Shown: positions 13,659-28,600 of the stretch, piece after piece
How the letters are laid out: every line of letters begins with the position of its first letter
Numbering within the stretch: the stretch's first letter is position 1
Assembly: GCA_051362555.1 (NCBI GenBank)
Contig: CM120643.1
Location: forward strand, 28,710,848-28,774,847
DNA length: 64,000 nucleotides
Source of the DNA: Lingula anatina
Lineage: Eukaryota > Animalia > Brachiopoda
Direction: 5' to 3'
The notes under the pieces: model-generated
Told to the model about the DNA's origin: nothing
Database searches by the model: none
Seen by the model: only the letters and a program-made list of their open reading frames with translations
Made by a program: the position numbers and the translations under genes

Positions 13659-14211
13659 TACCCCGTTCACACTACAGTTGCCAAAACGCGCATTTCTATA
13701 ATTCGGATTTTTCGTAAGGAATCCGATTCGGTATTGCGTTCACACTCGCTAAGCAAATCCGAATCCCACGTTGAAAATTTCAGGTAAAACTTCCTGTTTT
13801 GAACACTCGCGCATGCGCCGCACAGGAAATCTTAAAATATCAACAAAAATTTGTGACGACAAATGCAACTCAAAAGACATTCCAGCATTCTTGAGAAGTA
13901 TAAGGTGGCAAAATAAGTTTGTTTCCTCATGTTGTAGTGAGTGGTGACCGCCAAATACGTTTGGTGCAATCGCTAAAGTAATAAACCAGCGTTCATAGAT
14001 ACCCGCACTTATCTGCACACATGCGCAGTAAGATCTGTACAGGTGTCGATTCCGGTAAGTTATCCGGATCGCGCTTAGAAATCCACCTCGCTTGCAGGAT
14101 TTTGAAAATGCGCATTTTCAAAATCCTTTTGCGTTCACACTTCTGCATTTATTCGAATTGTGACCTAATTCGCAACTTATCCGGATAACTGAGCGTAGTG
14201 TGAACGGGGTA
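13659..14211. mobile_element. PIF/Harbinger (Tourist-like) MITE
   Basis: 17-bp perfect TIR taccccgttcacactac / gtagtgtgaacggggta, 3-bp TSD ATA, internal gcgttcacact subterminal repeats, GC-richer than its flanks. Confidence 0.85.
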
Positions 14212-14931
14212 ATATACATCCACCGTGTTCTAATTTTGCACGAAATGCTCTTACTGCAAAGTAGATTTTATGATTGGATATTAGAGTATAGCTGTCTTAG
14301 TTTAGCTGAAAAAAAAAGCTCGAGTTCTTTTATGAAATAGGCCTCAGGAAGAGAATATGACAGTTTGGCCTCTGCTGTTTCCTGCGCCTTTATCAACATA
14401 TTATAAATAAATAAATAAATACAACTTATTCCATTTTGACATCTATACGATTACCATATATGTGACTTTAGTTAAAATAGTAGAAGTTTTATCTTGTTTC
14501 CCACAATAACCTAAGAAATACAATGTTTTTGTAATTAATCAGATTAACCGGCAGTGTGTTTTATCCAAATAGTCCCCATATCCCAATTAGATAATCATAA
14601 GATATCCTGACCAACCAAAAGTTCAAGAACTGTCAAATAATTTGGTTCATCGTCACGTTTAAAGCAATTAATCACCATGCACATCCATTCATAAAATCTT
14701 ACAGAATACACCATACGTGAAGAGCAGCAGAGGCCGAGCCTTCTCTCCATTATAAAATACAAATGGCATATATTTCCTCCTCTGCAAAGAGTCAGTGGAA
14801 TACACAGTTGATTATTGTACACTATGAATTGTAACTGTCAACGTCTGTCACCTTTTGCATTCTATATGCACCATCTCTTCCTTTATCTTCATGGAGAAAA
14901 AAACGCATACATACTCTAGATTCGAGAGTCT

Positions 14932-17900
14932 CTAGAGCAAGAATTTTCCAAATATTAGTCCAATCAATACGGCTAGTATGATGTACGCCACGGGGGGAAT
15001 ATTTTGTAACATCTGCATGTTGTCGTCACCACCAGAGGGCGTTGCTGGGGAGGGGCGCGGTGTGGAGGATACTGTGTCAGACATTGCAACTTTTCGCAGT
15101 CGTACACCTTCGTCCTAGAAATCAACAGATGAAAACCATTATTATACACAAAAATCAATTTTTTTCTTGAAAATTATTACTTGATATTTTTCGTTGAATC
15201 CATAAAAATTCTTATAGTTATCCAGTATATTATACCATTGTGGCATATAACTTGAGTCTGGAGAAAACTGACTGGGATTTAAACATGTTTTGTTCATACA
15301 TACATTTTTTTAAAAATATTTTGAAAAATCATATTCAGTTTTTTGTGAGACCACAGACTGTCAGATGAGGTATCGATGAGGTAAGTAAAGTATACAGAAA
15401 ATAAAGTTGTGTCCTGCCTTTAATTTATGATTTTCCTCTTTTAATTCACTAATTTCTCTAAGCAGCTTTTTAATCTCCTCCTTGGCCTTGCTAAGCTCTG
15501 TGTCTGCCTCCACTGGCTGTAAAAAAATTAAATAATAATAATAATAATAGAAATAATAATAATAATAATAATAATAATAATCACATCAAATATTTTCCAT
15601 GAGGTGGTAAAAGAAGTTTTTCATTGCATCTTGTGTAGCGAATTATTTTCAAAAAGACTAAATATATCTAAATATATTATTTTACCTAAGAGTCAAAATG
15701 TTTTGTTTCAATTGTTATACACCTTTGACAAAGTTTCAAACCTGTATGACTGAATAAAAAATAACTGTTATGTCCCTTTAGAATTTTTTTTTTACCACTT
15801 ACAATCAAATGAAATTAAAAATTAAAATCTCATTAACTGGTTTTTATGTAGAACATTTCAACTCCCTCTGGTGAAAATACATACATTTCACAGTTCTTTG
15901 AAATCTTTTCCTGGAGTTAAATCCAGACATAGATTTCATAAAACTGCATATAAATCAAATGGGGAAGAACAATAAAACAGAGGTATTATGCACTACTGAC
16001 ATATCTCTCAAGCACTACACAACCTAATCCACAATATGCTTACAAACAGGGAACTCCACATCAATAATATCAGTAACAATAATTAGAGAGATGGATATAT
16101 TTTGTCATTAACAAAGCAGCAGCAGCAGTATCAGACTGCCCATTACTGAACACTAATCACTCCCTAAATTCAGTATTGATCAGTTTCTGTTATCTAGTCC
16201 AAAGTAACATATTTTGGGTAATATCCTAAAATAATAAATCAAATATTTTTTTACAGTTAAGTTTTTTTTTTTTTTTTTTTAGCAACCTAAAAAAAATTTC
16301 AAATCTTGAATGAACTTAATATTGGTATGCAGGACTGTTTGAAATTTTCAAATCTGAGCTTAATGTTTTCATAAGCAGACATGTCCCCATTCATCATTCC
16401 AAACTGAAGGAGGACAATGTGCACTATGTTTTCTAGGTGTTGGGGAAAATGTGCTGGAAGGACAATAGTGGCAAATTTTGTTATGTATAATACAAGATAA
16501 AAGCAGCGGAAATATTGAAAATCAACCAAAAGCCAAGCTAGGAAAACGCAGGTGCATTAGATTTAGAATGGGCACAGTACAGAGAACACCATAAAGCTCT
16601 GAATGTGGTTTAGGAAGAAAAACATTCCACCAGATAAAAGAAACATTTGTGAAACTAAAATATTGCAACACCTTTCACAAAATATTTCTTTTAAAAAATA
16701 CAAAACAAAAACTGTAATTTCTGGGTTATTTACATATAAGATGAGATATTCTTGAAATAAAATCACTACATCAGTATTGTCAGTGAAAGGCATACCTTAG
16801 AAGCAGATACTTTCTCTGGTATTGTCTTCGGAGAGACATTGTTTACATTAGCTTCTGCAGATCCGTCTGTTTTGTCCTAAAACACAACAGAGAAATTGAT
16901 GACGCACTGTTATGGTAAGAAACAAGAGAGTCAGGGTGCTGGCAGCTCTATCAGCTATATATGGTGAAAGAAAGAAGATCAAACAAGCAAATGGTTGGGA
17001 AAAACCAAAGAACTCAGAGGCCAGTTTCACAAAAGATCTCATGAACAAAAGTTGGTTGAAATTATTTTAATTGATTCTAAATTGGTCCTCTTTAATAGAG
17101 AAAAAATTTACAATATATATATATATATATATATATAGCTTTCATTTTTTGCCATCATTAACTTTATCTGAGTAGACTCCCATGAATTAATCTTGAAATA
17201 GACCAAATTGTCTTCAATATAAAACCAACTTTTAATCTCTCAGTTCTTTTCTGAAGCCAACCATGAAGAAAAAGTGCCCAGCCGTATAAGAAGGAACTGC
17301 AAAGGGGGGGGGAGGGGGGGGGGGGAGAGAGAGAGAGAGAAAATCATGGGGGATAGATGTCATGGTGCCTGACAGTACAAAGCACATGCATGTATAACAA
17401 TGTGATAGCAATCAACTTCTGACTGCAGTCACCAGCTCATTCTGAACTGACTATGGTAGAGTTCCCATTCAAATATACACCAAGCAGTTAAGATATCTAA
17501 CTTCATTATGGTAAAGACTCGATCTTTTCATGTGACAAAAATTACTATTTTTCAGATACATCATTTTTGAATCTTTAAAATATATATTTCCATATAGCAT
17601 TTGTGGTGCTTTAACTGTATACAATTCAAAAATAAGGTGCACTGCTTTTTAAATTTGTTGATTCCACTCAATAATTATGTGCTTATTTAAAGAATCTATG
17701 ATTTGAAAAATATTATCCTCTGTAAAATTTACAATTATCCCCAGTGAAAAGATAAAGAGTCATTACCATACATTGTGGCTACAGCATATGAAAGTGGTAA
17801 TGCAATCAACACCTAATTAATTGCAATCAACATTTGTCTCTGGATGTGCTATCATGGCCATACCTGTTCTGTAGTTTCTGGCATCTCAAACACACACTTC

Positions 17901-20900
17901 AGCTTGGAGTCCATCAGTTGGTCTGGAGTGATATCCTTCCACTGAAGTGAAAACAAAACACAATATTACCCAAGTTGAAATACAGACTTATGGATTTTTC
18001 AAGGAAAACCATATTATTAGCTCTTAGAAAATGAGCAATGAATCCAGAAAAGTACACGGCAACACCAACAGTGCAGAGAGACGCAGGTGATGGCTTCATG
18101 TCCAGACACATCTTGTCTGTTATTAGAATGTTGTTATGGAAACGAGTTCTACTGTCGATTAAAATGAGACTTTTCAGAATGACATTTTTCAACAATTTTT
18201 TTTTTCAAAATCAGCCCTAGCAAATGGGATGCAGATCTCAGATAAGAGCAATGACAGAACTTGTCCAGAAAAAAATTGCTTCAATCTATCACACAGAAAT
18301 TCATCTGCACTCAAGCTTATGAACTATTTACTTATTCAAACAACATATTTCACAGCTACAGTACTTGGCTTTATTGGTTGAGTAGCAAAAAAAAATTAGT
18401 ATTTGACAACATCTGACCGCTTTGCAATAGCTTTAATGTTCTCCACTTAACAGTCAAATCAATAGTTATTGGTCTCATTGGAATATAAACGTTAAATTGA
18501 CATAACTGTAGAATACAAAGTAAATGTGTGTGCATGTTTGTGTAGTGTGATGGGGAGAGGGAGAAATAAATTTTCTTAATGACACTGACATCTATATTAA
18601 TGCTAAGCTCAACTATTGGCATATAGAATGCTAATGATAAAACCCTCCAAATCCACTTTATAATTTTACTCAATTTATAAATGTATCTATTTATTCAAAA
18701 ATTTTAATTCAGCAACTCTCTCACATATCGTCAGAGATGAAAAAGAGGAAACTCCACTCCATCATTCAAAACTATTTCTGTTGCCATGGCACCAGAGACA
18801 TAATCACAAATATAAAACAAAACTACATGGAACCTTTCCAACAATGCCAATTTTGTGGACAATTCAGCAAAGGTTTTGGGCAATTGTATTGATCTTTTTT
18901 TTTCTCTCTCTCTGTAATCAACAAACTCACACTTCACATCAGCTGAGTCCCTGTCTTCCCATAAGACTAGTTATACAGACATTACCAGAGAGAACTATAA
19001 CCACTTCTTCCAGATCTCTAAACTCATGGGGTCAGTCTTATGTCTCAGTCTCAGTCTTAGGGATCTGTCTTAGAACATATTGTTTTTCTCTTTAAAAAAA
19101 ATGTTCTTAATCTGTTCTAGGACATTCTGAAGGACTTCCCAAAATCAGTTCTCAAACTGGTAAATTCATTACAGCACAACATTACAACAGTTACTGTAAA
19201 AATAAAATACACCTAATGATCTAGAACAGATGAGAACCGTAAGTGAACATTAAATGAGACAAATTTTCGCAGGGGCTGTACATTAAAACAAGTATACATA
19301 CATGTCTCACAGTGTGTAGATGAAAAGATTTGAGGTACTTGTATAAAATGAATACTAGTGCTATGCCTGCCTAAGTTACTTGTCCAATTCTTAAGTTTCT
19401 TGTCAAGTTTTGTTATATTTATAAAATGCTTATAAATTGACCGCGCGCGCATGTGTGTGTGTGTGTGTGTGCATGCAAGTTCATGCATGTGTGACAGTGT
19501 AAGAGCATTTGCACATGCATATGCAAGTGTCTTTAGAAGCAAATATGAACAATTAGATACGTAAATGTGCGTGTTCACATGCTTGTGCCCACGTGTTCAA
19601 GTATGTGCACATGCATGCTCTCGTGCCTGCATGTGTGGATGTACGTGTATGCATGCTGGTCATATTTTACCAGGTTCTCTTGACTCTCAATTGGTCCATC
19701 TGGTGCAAACATGGTCTGGACCATAAATTTGTGCTTGTTCTTCTCACTTGGATCATAGTCAAATGGTTGTAACATAACTGAAAATAAAGAACACAATTAT
19801 TTACAATGAATTTCGAAATTTAAACATAATTTATTGAAACACTGTCTCTGGGGACAAATTCACAATGTACTGTAAGTGTCTTCGAAGGCAGGGTTTTGAG
19901 AAATAACTGACAGTGAACCAAAGTTGACATAGTGCAATAATGACAAAACCTGGCATATGAACAATATAAAATAAGGTAAGAGTCCCCCCCCCCCCCCCCC
20001 CGCCCCAATATTCCCTCTCCTTTGCTAAAACTGATTGATGAGATACTGTAATAATACATGTTAAGCTCTTCTATCGACAAGTAAACAAATAACTTCCCTC
20101 CCCTGCCATGTAAAGAACTTATTTGCTTAGTATCCCAAAGAGATATATGGGAAAGAGAGTAGTACATAAACAAAATGAAAAAGAATTTGTCCATATTTAC
20201 CAGAGACACTTAAGCTTTACACGACCCAATGGGAGCTGTTGTCTGACAAATTCAATATAAGACAGCAGATATATTTACTCAATCTACAATTGCATTCATT
20301 CATTCTTTTCCCAAGGTTTTTATTTGAAGGAGAAAGATCTATAACTATGTTATCTGTCTGGCCAGAATGCTATGTCAGATTGTATGAGCTCATCCCAGCA
20401 AATTTACCCCAATATAATGAGGTTTATCTTCTATCATTTTTAAAGAGTTATCCATTTTTGTTAGTTTATCCTTAATTTGGTACAAAAAAAATTATTTATT
20501 GGCTAAATCATACACAAATGTTATACTTTACTACCACAGACACAATTATTTTTTTTAGATTATTATTCAAGTTTAACTTGGATTTAAATTTTACAGATTA
20601 AAGATTTGAATTTTTCAACTATATATGGTTATAACTAAACTCATCATATCTGCCAAATTAAGTGCAACTATTGCACTGGGAAAGGGGGTATGGGGGGCAC
20701 GGGGAGGGGGGGGTTAAATAGTTTGCCTGAAGCAGATTACTTGAACTATCAGATAAATTTCTGTTTTAACAAAGAAATTATGGCCCACAGGAAAAATAAG
20801 ATTCCAGGAACAGTACAAAAAAAAAGTTAATAAATATCATTATTTTTTTTCTTTGTAATTTCATTCATTTTCATTTACTTTTCATTAAGCTATTATTAGT

Positions 20901-21507
20901 ACTGTAATTGCTTTTATAGTTAGTTCATTTATCTTGATTACTCATTATTTATATTAAATCAATTCTTCATTTTCTTATTTATTCCTTTACCTATCTACTA
21001 CTTTCATTCACTCATTCATTTTTCTATTCATTTCTTTATCTGTGTCATACTTATTCATTTATCTATTTATGTCTTTATGTATTCATTGCTCAACTCAATA
21101 TCTATTTATATTTCATTTTCTCCTTCATTACTCTATGTGGCACTGTCTTTTGAATTTTCATACAGGTAACTTTTGGACATCTATTTGTTCTCATGTTAAG
21201 CTATCACTTTCAAGTGATGACTGGGTAATTGGCAAGGACACCTAACAGACAGTTCTCTCTCTTCCACATCCTTGTTCATTGATTTCTACAAAGACATTAC
21301 AAAAACCCAGACCAAAGGGGTTCTATGCCATTTAGAAGATGTCTCGGAGTATTACATTTCCAGATTCAGAAATTGTAGATTGTGGCAAAAATCAAGAGAA
21401 AGGGAAGTGCAGTGACAAAAGCCAGTGAGGAACCACAACAAATATTGACTGAATAACCTTAACGTCTAGACATGATCTCCTTTAAAAAAACCTATTGCAA
21501 TAAAATT

Positions 21508-21552
<45 letters not shown>

Positions 21553-23159
21553 TGAAGAGTTGAATGAAACGGGTCATTTGAACCAAACAACTTCATCATG
21601 CTCCTTCCACTTTATTTTATCACAAAGCTGAAACATGATAGGTCACTGGAGGTTGACCATCTGACCCCCCCCCTCCTAAACCCCATACCTGGGCACAAAA
21701 TCACCTAAGGGTACTTCCTTCTTTAGTTAAACTAAATGCAACAAATATGACTGGACCTTGGAAGCATAAAGTGACCATTCCCCCCCCCCCCCCCCCCCCC
21801 CCCCCCCCACCACCATTCTCCATCACAACCTTCATATCATCAACTTTCTTCTTCTACTCATCAATCATCATGACTGAACCTAATCCTAAACCACTGAGCA
21901 TTGCTCTTCTGCAAGCTTTCCACTCTGGACAACTGTCTGTATAATCAGTGATTGAAGATCAGTCCCTCCTGATCCACCCCCAATACTTCTCTGTTCCACT
22001 AAGCTTGCCAGGATTAGGCAAAAGTGAATTTGCAGAGTTAGTAAAGTATGTTCACATCAGGAACAATTTAAATCGGAAAGAGACTAAACCGCATCATTTG
22101 AAAACAGAGAGAGAGAGAGTTGGGGGGGGGGGGGGGAACCTTGAGGGAGGGAGCGAGGGAGATGGGAAGGGTCAGAATGACAGGGTGAGAAAAAATGATA
22201 CAGGGAAGGTGGAAGGGATGAAGAGAACCTGGAGGAGAGAGTGAGGGAGTAAGAGAGAAGAAAGAAGACAGGGAGATGAGAATGACAGGGAAAGAGGAAA
22301 GAGCAAAAGAGAGAGGGAAGCTAATGGCAAATTCATTTGAAATTTAAGCTTTCTAATTTTTTTTCAAAATGCCTGTTGAACAAGCCACCTTGAGGGCAAC
22401 TGCCATTCAAAATACCAAGCAGCTTGTCTCCATGTTAAACCAAACTAACATCAAACGTAAACATTCTCTAAAGGTATGAGGTAAAACACTGAGTTCAATA
22501 TTCCTTGAGGAGCAGCAGAATTGAAATAGCTTGACCTTTAAGTTCCTATCCTTCAGCCATAGGTATATGAACATCATGTCATTACTAGTACATTTTCTTC
22601 ATGTTTTTTTTTCTTCTTTTCAGCTCATTTTATCTTAATTCTACATCTTTTAAGCCCAACCCAAATTGAAATGTCTACGCAAGTATGGACAACATGGTTT
22701 ACTTTCCAAGCAAACCTGTTAACAATCAATTTTGCATATTTCAATGATACTAATTGAATTTTTCAAGGGAATTTCAGAAAGCCAGACTTATTTCCCATGC
22801 ATGTCATTTCAAAATCAATCAGTTTGTTTGGATATCATAAGGAATCTTATTGCATTTCTATGTGAATGAAATTGACAAACATTAATGTAACCTTTCTCAT
22901 CAATCAGATCTGCTTAACAGAATCCAACACGTTACAGATGTATTATCTTTACTATTATGTATTCCACATTTCAAATATTACTAAACATATACTCAGTAAA
23001 TGAAACTTTCATTAATGTTCAATTAAAAGACAGTGTACTGGAAAAAATGTCCTTACAACCCAAACAAACCATTTTGTCCTAAACAAAAGCATCATCATTT
23101 ATGTATCTTCTTGATTTCAACATTCCGAAGCCCAATTAACAATATTTCAAAATATTTGC

Positions 23160-23195
<36 letters not shown>

Positions 23196-26100
23196 CTTAT
23201 GCAACTTCAAAACATTTTGAGCTTTAAATCAAAAATGTCCATCAATTAACATCATTAACTCGACATCTATATTATCAGGCCTACTCAGTGCCCATCATAC
23301 ACATTTATTCTTATAATAATTCATATGGAAATCCAACTGGTGCTGGAACAGGAATGTGTCTGTCATCACAGCATCACTCATCTATCTTTATATATGTCAT
23401 TCTTCACTCAGTCAAGAGCAGACTGTTTATTTATAGTTTAAATATGCCCTCAGGTACTCACAAATTATCATTTTAAATGCTGCGAAAACAGTTCTGAACA
23501 TTGATTAACCTACAGGAAATTGTTCATTCCTGGAAATTCGTCTTAAAAAAAAAATTAAGAACATTTCTTGGCAACATGAAGGTTTTTAGTACCTGCTGCG
23601 CCTACACCAAACCTCTTCCAAACCCACAAGCTGCCTATAGATAGATATACCTTTTTAGATCATATTATTTTGTTTGGTTTCCAGCAAGGGAATGGTTTAA
23701 TGCAATTTTGCTTTACAGTAAATGGGATTCTTCAGCAGAGTTGTATTTTCAGTGATCAGACAAGAATGACACATGCCCTACTAAAACTATTGTAAGGTTT
23801 GAAAAAAAGGTTTTTAAGGCAATTTTAGTTGAAAGTGTTCAATTTTAAGAGATACAAAGATACTGTGGAGATAGAAAGTAAGACATCTTCATTCTAAATA
23901 ATTATAACTTTTTAAAAATTAACTTTTTATTACTAGAACCTTATTTTAGGGCGCATTCCCATAGATTTTAGATCGATCTATCATGGTGGGTAGTCTCACT
24001 AGATTACTGTCAGATAATCCGGCTTAAATGTCCGTCCCGCCTACTACAAGCTGTAAGGGGGTAGTTAACTTTCATGCCCGCTCAGCTAACAGCTATTTAG
24101 CGTGAACCCCCAGGGAGTTAGGTCGATCTAGTTGGATCGATCTAATCTCTGGGAATGGGGTCTTATACTGCTGCTCATTATTCCTTTAAGTTTACAAATG
24201 ATAACTGACTGTTTTCCACTTATTTGATTAACAAATAAAAAGTGCACCACAAGAAAAAAGTACATGTATGCAACAGCAACAGAAACAGCATTGCCAAAAA
24301 TACACTTCTAGTACATGTTTCCATTAAAAGGCGATTGGCTCCTTATCGCCAACAATTTTTTTTCATCCAGATAAAACAAGACTTTTGACCAGTTGCTTTT
24401 TCCTTCCTGTTTTACAACCACTCTCTAGCAGCTTACACCCTATCTGAGGGGACTGCAGTACTGCTCACTACAAGGTCACTGCTCTGTGATAAGTTTTTAT
24501 CTTTTTGTCCCTCAAAAACTTTGATCTTTGTTCTGACAAAAATGTCACCTTGATCTGTATGCAGAGAAAATATAAAACGGTAAAGGCAGCAAATTATTTT
24601 GTACGCCTGCAAAAAGCAAGTTTTGATCTTCAAAAAATGTTAAAAGGGTTCATTTTGAAACTTGTTAAATACTGTAGATAAAATAAAAGATCAAGACAAG
24701 AGTGCTTAATTGCAAGCGGTGACAACAAAATCAAGTCTGCTTACTAGTAATTGAGAAAATATACCAGAAGGGAGGAAGAGAGAGAGTGTAAAGTCGCATT
24801 TCAAAACAGCTTCCTAAGAAAACATGTTGCAAGCAAACAAAACAAGATAATTACATGTTTTCCTGTAATATTTAATGTTTATCCCCATCAATTAGCCTCC
24901 TTAAAAGTTCACCAAGGTTGATAACCTTCATCTATTCACACTGCAGGAAACCTAGCCAAACCTGTAAATCAATGAACGTATTGGCTGTGGGCAACTTTCT
25001 GTAACGTAGTTCACACTAAGAAACTCCTTACTTGACTCAGTCTTAGGATCCGTGCACTACCTACTTTTTAACTCAAAGATTGGTCTGAACTTACTATAAC
25101 TGCTTGTCTATTTCAAATAAAATAACCCCACACTGATCCATAAAATAAAGTGACTGTTGGTCTTCTATTGGTCTTAAACATTTGCTATCTCTTTTACTTA
25201 ACAAAATTACTACAATATTCCATTTACTAACTTGAATAGTTCGGATAAATTTATCTTCGGGCAAATTAATTTTTTTGATTTTGACCTTAAAGTTAAGACA
25301 AGTTTTTGGTCTAGTCTGTGCCATAGGACTGCTAGTCTAAGTAAGTCCTGAAGTGACCACAGTCTTCTGCCAGGAAAGAGTTATACATCAAGATCAGAGC
25401 ACATTAGAGATTGGTGGATCAGAACTGAAGTCCTGTGGAGAAGATGCCCAGATAAAATGAGAAATCACTCTCTGACATTTTAAAAGCTGTCTTAGAGCCT
25501 AATCCATAAATACTCTACACACCTTTATATGTATCGAGAGAGATTTCAAATTCTCAGGTAGTAAAATGAGAGATATTTTGTCTTGTTGTGGCACAATGGC
25601 AGATCTGGAGGGTGGGAGGGAGGGTGGCAAATAATTTTACCTCACTATGTTCCAAAAATATATATTACAGAATATCTGTTTATAACCCAATAAATGATAT
25701 ACTAATCATATTTCAAATCATGTTTGTAGAATGTCCATCATATGTGTTTACAGTCATGGTAACAGGTGACAGGTTTTGCAGGTCATTCAGACCAGCTGTA
25801 CCCTAACACCCCATTCCCATAGATTTTTAGATCAATCTATCCCTGTGGGGAGTCTCACTAGATTACTGTCAGCTTGATCGGCTTAAGCGTCTGTCCCGCC
25901 TACTAAAAGCTGTAAGGGGGTAATTAACTATGGTGCCCGCTCGGCTGACTGCAATTTAGCGTGAACCCCCAGGGACTTAGGTTAATCTAAAACTTAATCT
26001 TCAGATCGATCTAAATCTCTGGGAAATCACCCTAATATTGCTGGTCTCACCAAGATACTGTCTGCCCTGATAGTTTTCTAGACATACCACATGATTTATT

Positions 26101-27104
26101 TAAACATTAATTAATAGTTTTGGAATTTTAATTTCAATACTTTTGTAATCAAAAACCATTTCCTCCACAAATTCAACTAAGACAAAGAAATTAAGAGTAT
26201 AGTAATGAAATAAATTGGACTTCATTTAAAGTCAAAGAAATTTATACACTTCAAAAGGAAATATCTGAACGTGCCAAGTGGTTACTTTGTTTATTGCCTG
26301 TCAATTAAGTCTGATAATATACACAAGCTTCATCAGACTGCTGGTCGGACAGCACTATTAGTAATTGTTTGCCTGGTGACTGACAAGTTTCACCTGTATC
26401 AATTTACAACATAACTATGCTCCATGCATCTACTAGTCAAGTCCTTCTAGTTCATTTTTCTCCAGCATACCTCTTTTCATGCTCTAGTAAAAGTAAATTG
26501 ACATGACTCATAACAGTTACCAAGGTTCAGGTGGCTTGGAGCTACACTATCCTACCAACTTGGTCTATGTTTAGACTTTAAAAATAAAATACACATCTGC
26601 CTTTTAAACACATGTTGTTTCATAAAAAAAAATTAATGGATAAATATTTGTATAAATAACTACGTACTAGTAGTTAATAATTAAAATTCAATGGATGAAT
26701 TAAGAAATAAATCAAATAAACAACCATTTGACTATTTCCACGCAAAGAAAAGCAACATAAAAAAGATGACACCTCACAAATTGTATTCACTTCTTTATTT
26801 TGAAAGAAACCACATTAACTTAATGACAACTCCTACAAACAAAACAGTATCACTTACCAGCCACTTTAACTTCTGACTTTGGGTCTATGATGCCACTGTT
26901 AGGCCTTACGCAGTATCTTTTGGGTGCCGTCGTCTTAACTTTGAAACATACTTTTCTATCTGATGGATTCTGTAGGTTCAAGTCTGAGGTGACCACATCT
27001 GTGAAAGGACCTGGAAAAATACCATATAATATGGATGTGTTTATTATGTATTCAAGTGATGGTTTGTGATTCATATGTTATGCCCTGTAGACAAGTTTCT
27101 AATA

Positions 27105-27135
<31 letters not shown>

Positions 27136-28600
27136 GTGTGCATATGCGTGTGTGTTTGTGCCTATTCGTGTGAAATGAGGTTATTTCTGCAAGACTTCAG
27201 GTCAAAATTAGTAATATGTGACAATTTTAAAGACTGCTCTGTTATAAAGGGACTCGAATGTCTCAATGGACATTGCAACTTAAATCCAGAGCTTGTTTTA
27301 GGTTACATGTTCAAGGCTTCAAGATGACATGATCCAAGTGAATTTTTCAGGGGGGAGGGGGGGGGGTTAAAGGAAAATGAAAACATTATGGGATATCCAG
27401 CATTTTATTTTTTCCCAGCCTGATCTCATAAAAAAAAATAAATCAGGGTGATATTCTTATTGTAAATGATACATTTACAGTTACACAATTTGTACTTTTA
27501 CCCACTCCTTATCCCCAGAAAAAAAATTGATACAAAACCTAGATATAAAGAACAATCCATTAAGCAGTCAAATGTAATCTTGAACATTTTTCTGAGTGTG
27601 ACATGCAATCTGTAGACCTTCCCCCCACGCCATTCAACACTCTTTCCCACAACCCCCACCCACTAAGATTCTGTAGTACAGCTGACAGGTACAGAGACAG
27701 AATCCAGATAAAAGTACTTTGACTTCACTGATAACCCTGACATTTTGTCACTTTCACACACACACAGTACACTTAAAATAAACCAGGCTACAAGTGAGGA
27801 GAGGCAGTAACCTAATAGTATCAACTAATCTTTGGTGACAACACAGGATGACATCCCACATGGGTCCTAGGTTAAGATAACCATATTTAGGGGGTGGGTC
27901 ACATGTAGCTACTTCATAACATATGCTAGAGTTATGATACTCTGGTGATGGGATACAATGCAAAATACAAGAAAAAATTCAAGACTGAGCTTTTAAAATT
28001 TAGGTGAATGATGAAGAAGAGAATTAAACATAGATGTCTCTTGTCAAATTTAAAATGGTGAAATGTCATATTCACTATGAAAGAACAAACCCTGTGCCAC
28101 TAATGGCACTATGAACCTAACCTATGACTCATTATCAATTAAATATCATGTCACGTAATTTGTCACTTCTTATATCAGCTCAACCTACAACAGTCTAGCC
28201 CAATCACGGATTCATACAAAGACAAGTCATTTCTTGCGTTGCAGGATACAAAGCATGGACTCAGAAACTGAAATTATCGACTTTTTTTCCTGAATTTGTC
28301 TGTTTTAACTTTCCCCCGGTTTGTCAGTCATACAATAAAAATAAATATAGGAAAATACATTTTCTTGTATATTTCCGATGATATTCAAATTACGGTTCAT
28401 ATTGTAGGTCACATTTTATTTCAAACATTCGATATCATTCATTTCCTCGACGTTATTTCTCCAAGTCCCATGAAGCGGCCAGTCATTTTCTCCCAGAGGT
28501 TAACGTGACGAAAGCAATCAAGTGGCACATACTTACCTTTAAATCGCAGTTCGGTGGCGGGATCAAGTTGCAGTACTTGTTCCTGTTTAGCCACCGCCAT
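14932..28600 (-). CDS. VAPA: Vesicle-associated membrane protein-associated protein (VAPA/VAPB co-orthologue, VAP33), 254 aa, 7 exons
   Basis: Exons 28600-28537, 27010-26858, 19777-19671, 17941-17864, 16876-16796, 15516-15418, 15114-14932. MSP domain with [18 protein letters not shown] and KNKHKFMVQ, a coiled coil, and a C-terminal TM ending [10 protein letters not shown]. Invertebrates generally have one VAP, so the A/B label is nominal. Confidence 0.96.
23949..24162. mobile_element. Tourist-like MITE, copy 1 (VAP intron 2)
   Basis: TIR core cattcccatagatt / aatctctgggaatg, TSD TTA. Closely similar to the copy at 25807-26032. Confidence 0.8.
25807..26032. mobile_element. Tourist-like MITE, copy 2 (VAP intron 2)
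   Basis: Same family as 23949-24162 (shared gtctcactagattactgtcag and cgtgaacccccaggga), TSD TAA. Confidence 0.8.

Noticed and set aside
14914-14937. Hairpin ctctaga-N10-tctagag over the VAP stop codon as a readthrough signal
   Set aside because: Only a 7-bp stem, and the TAG-A context is not a known leaky one; no supporting evidence.
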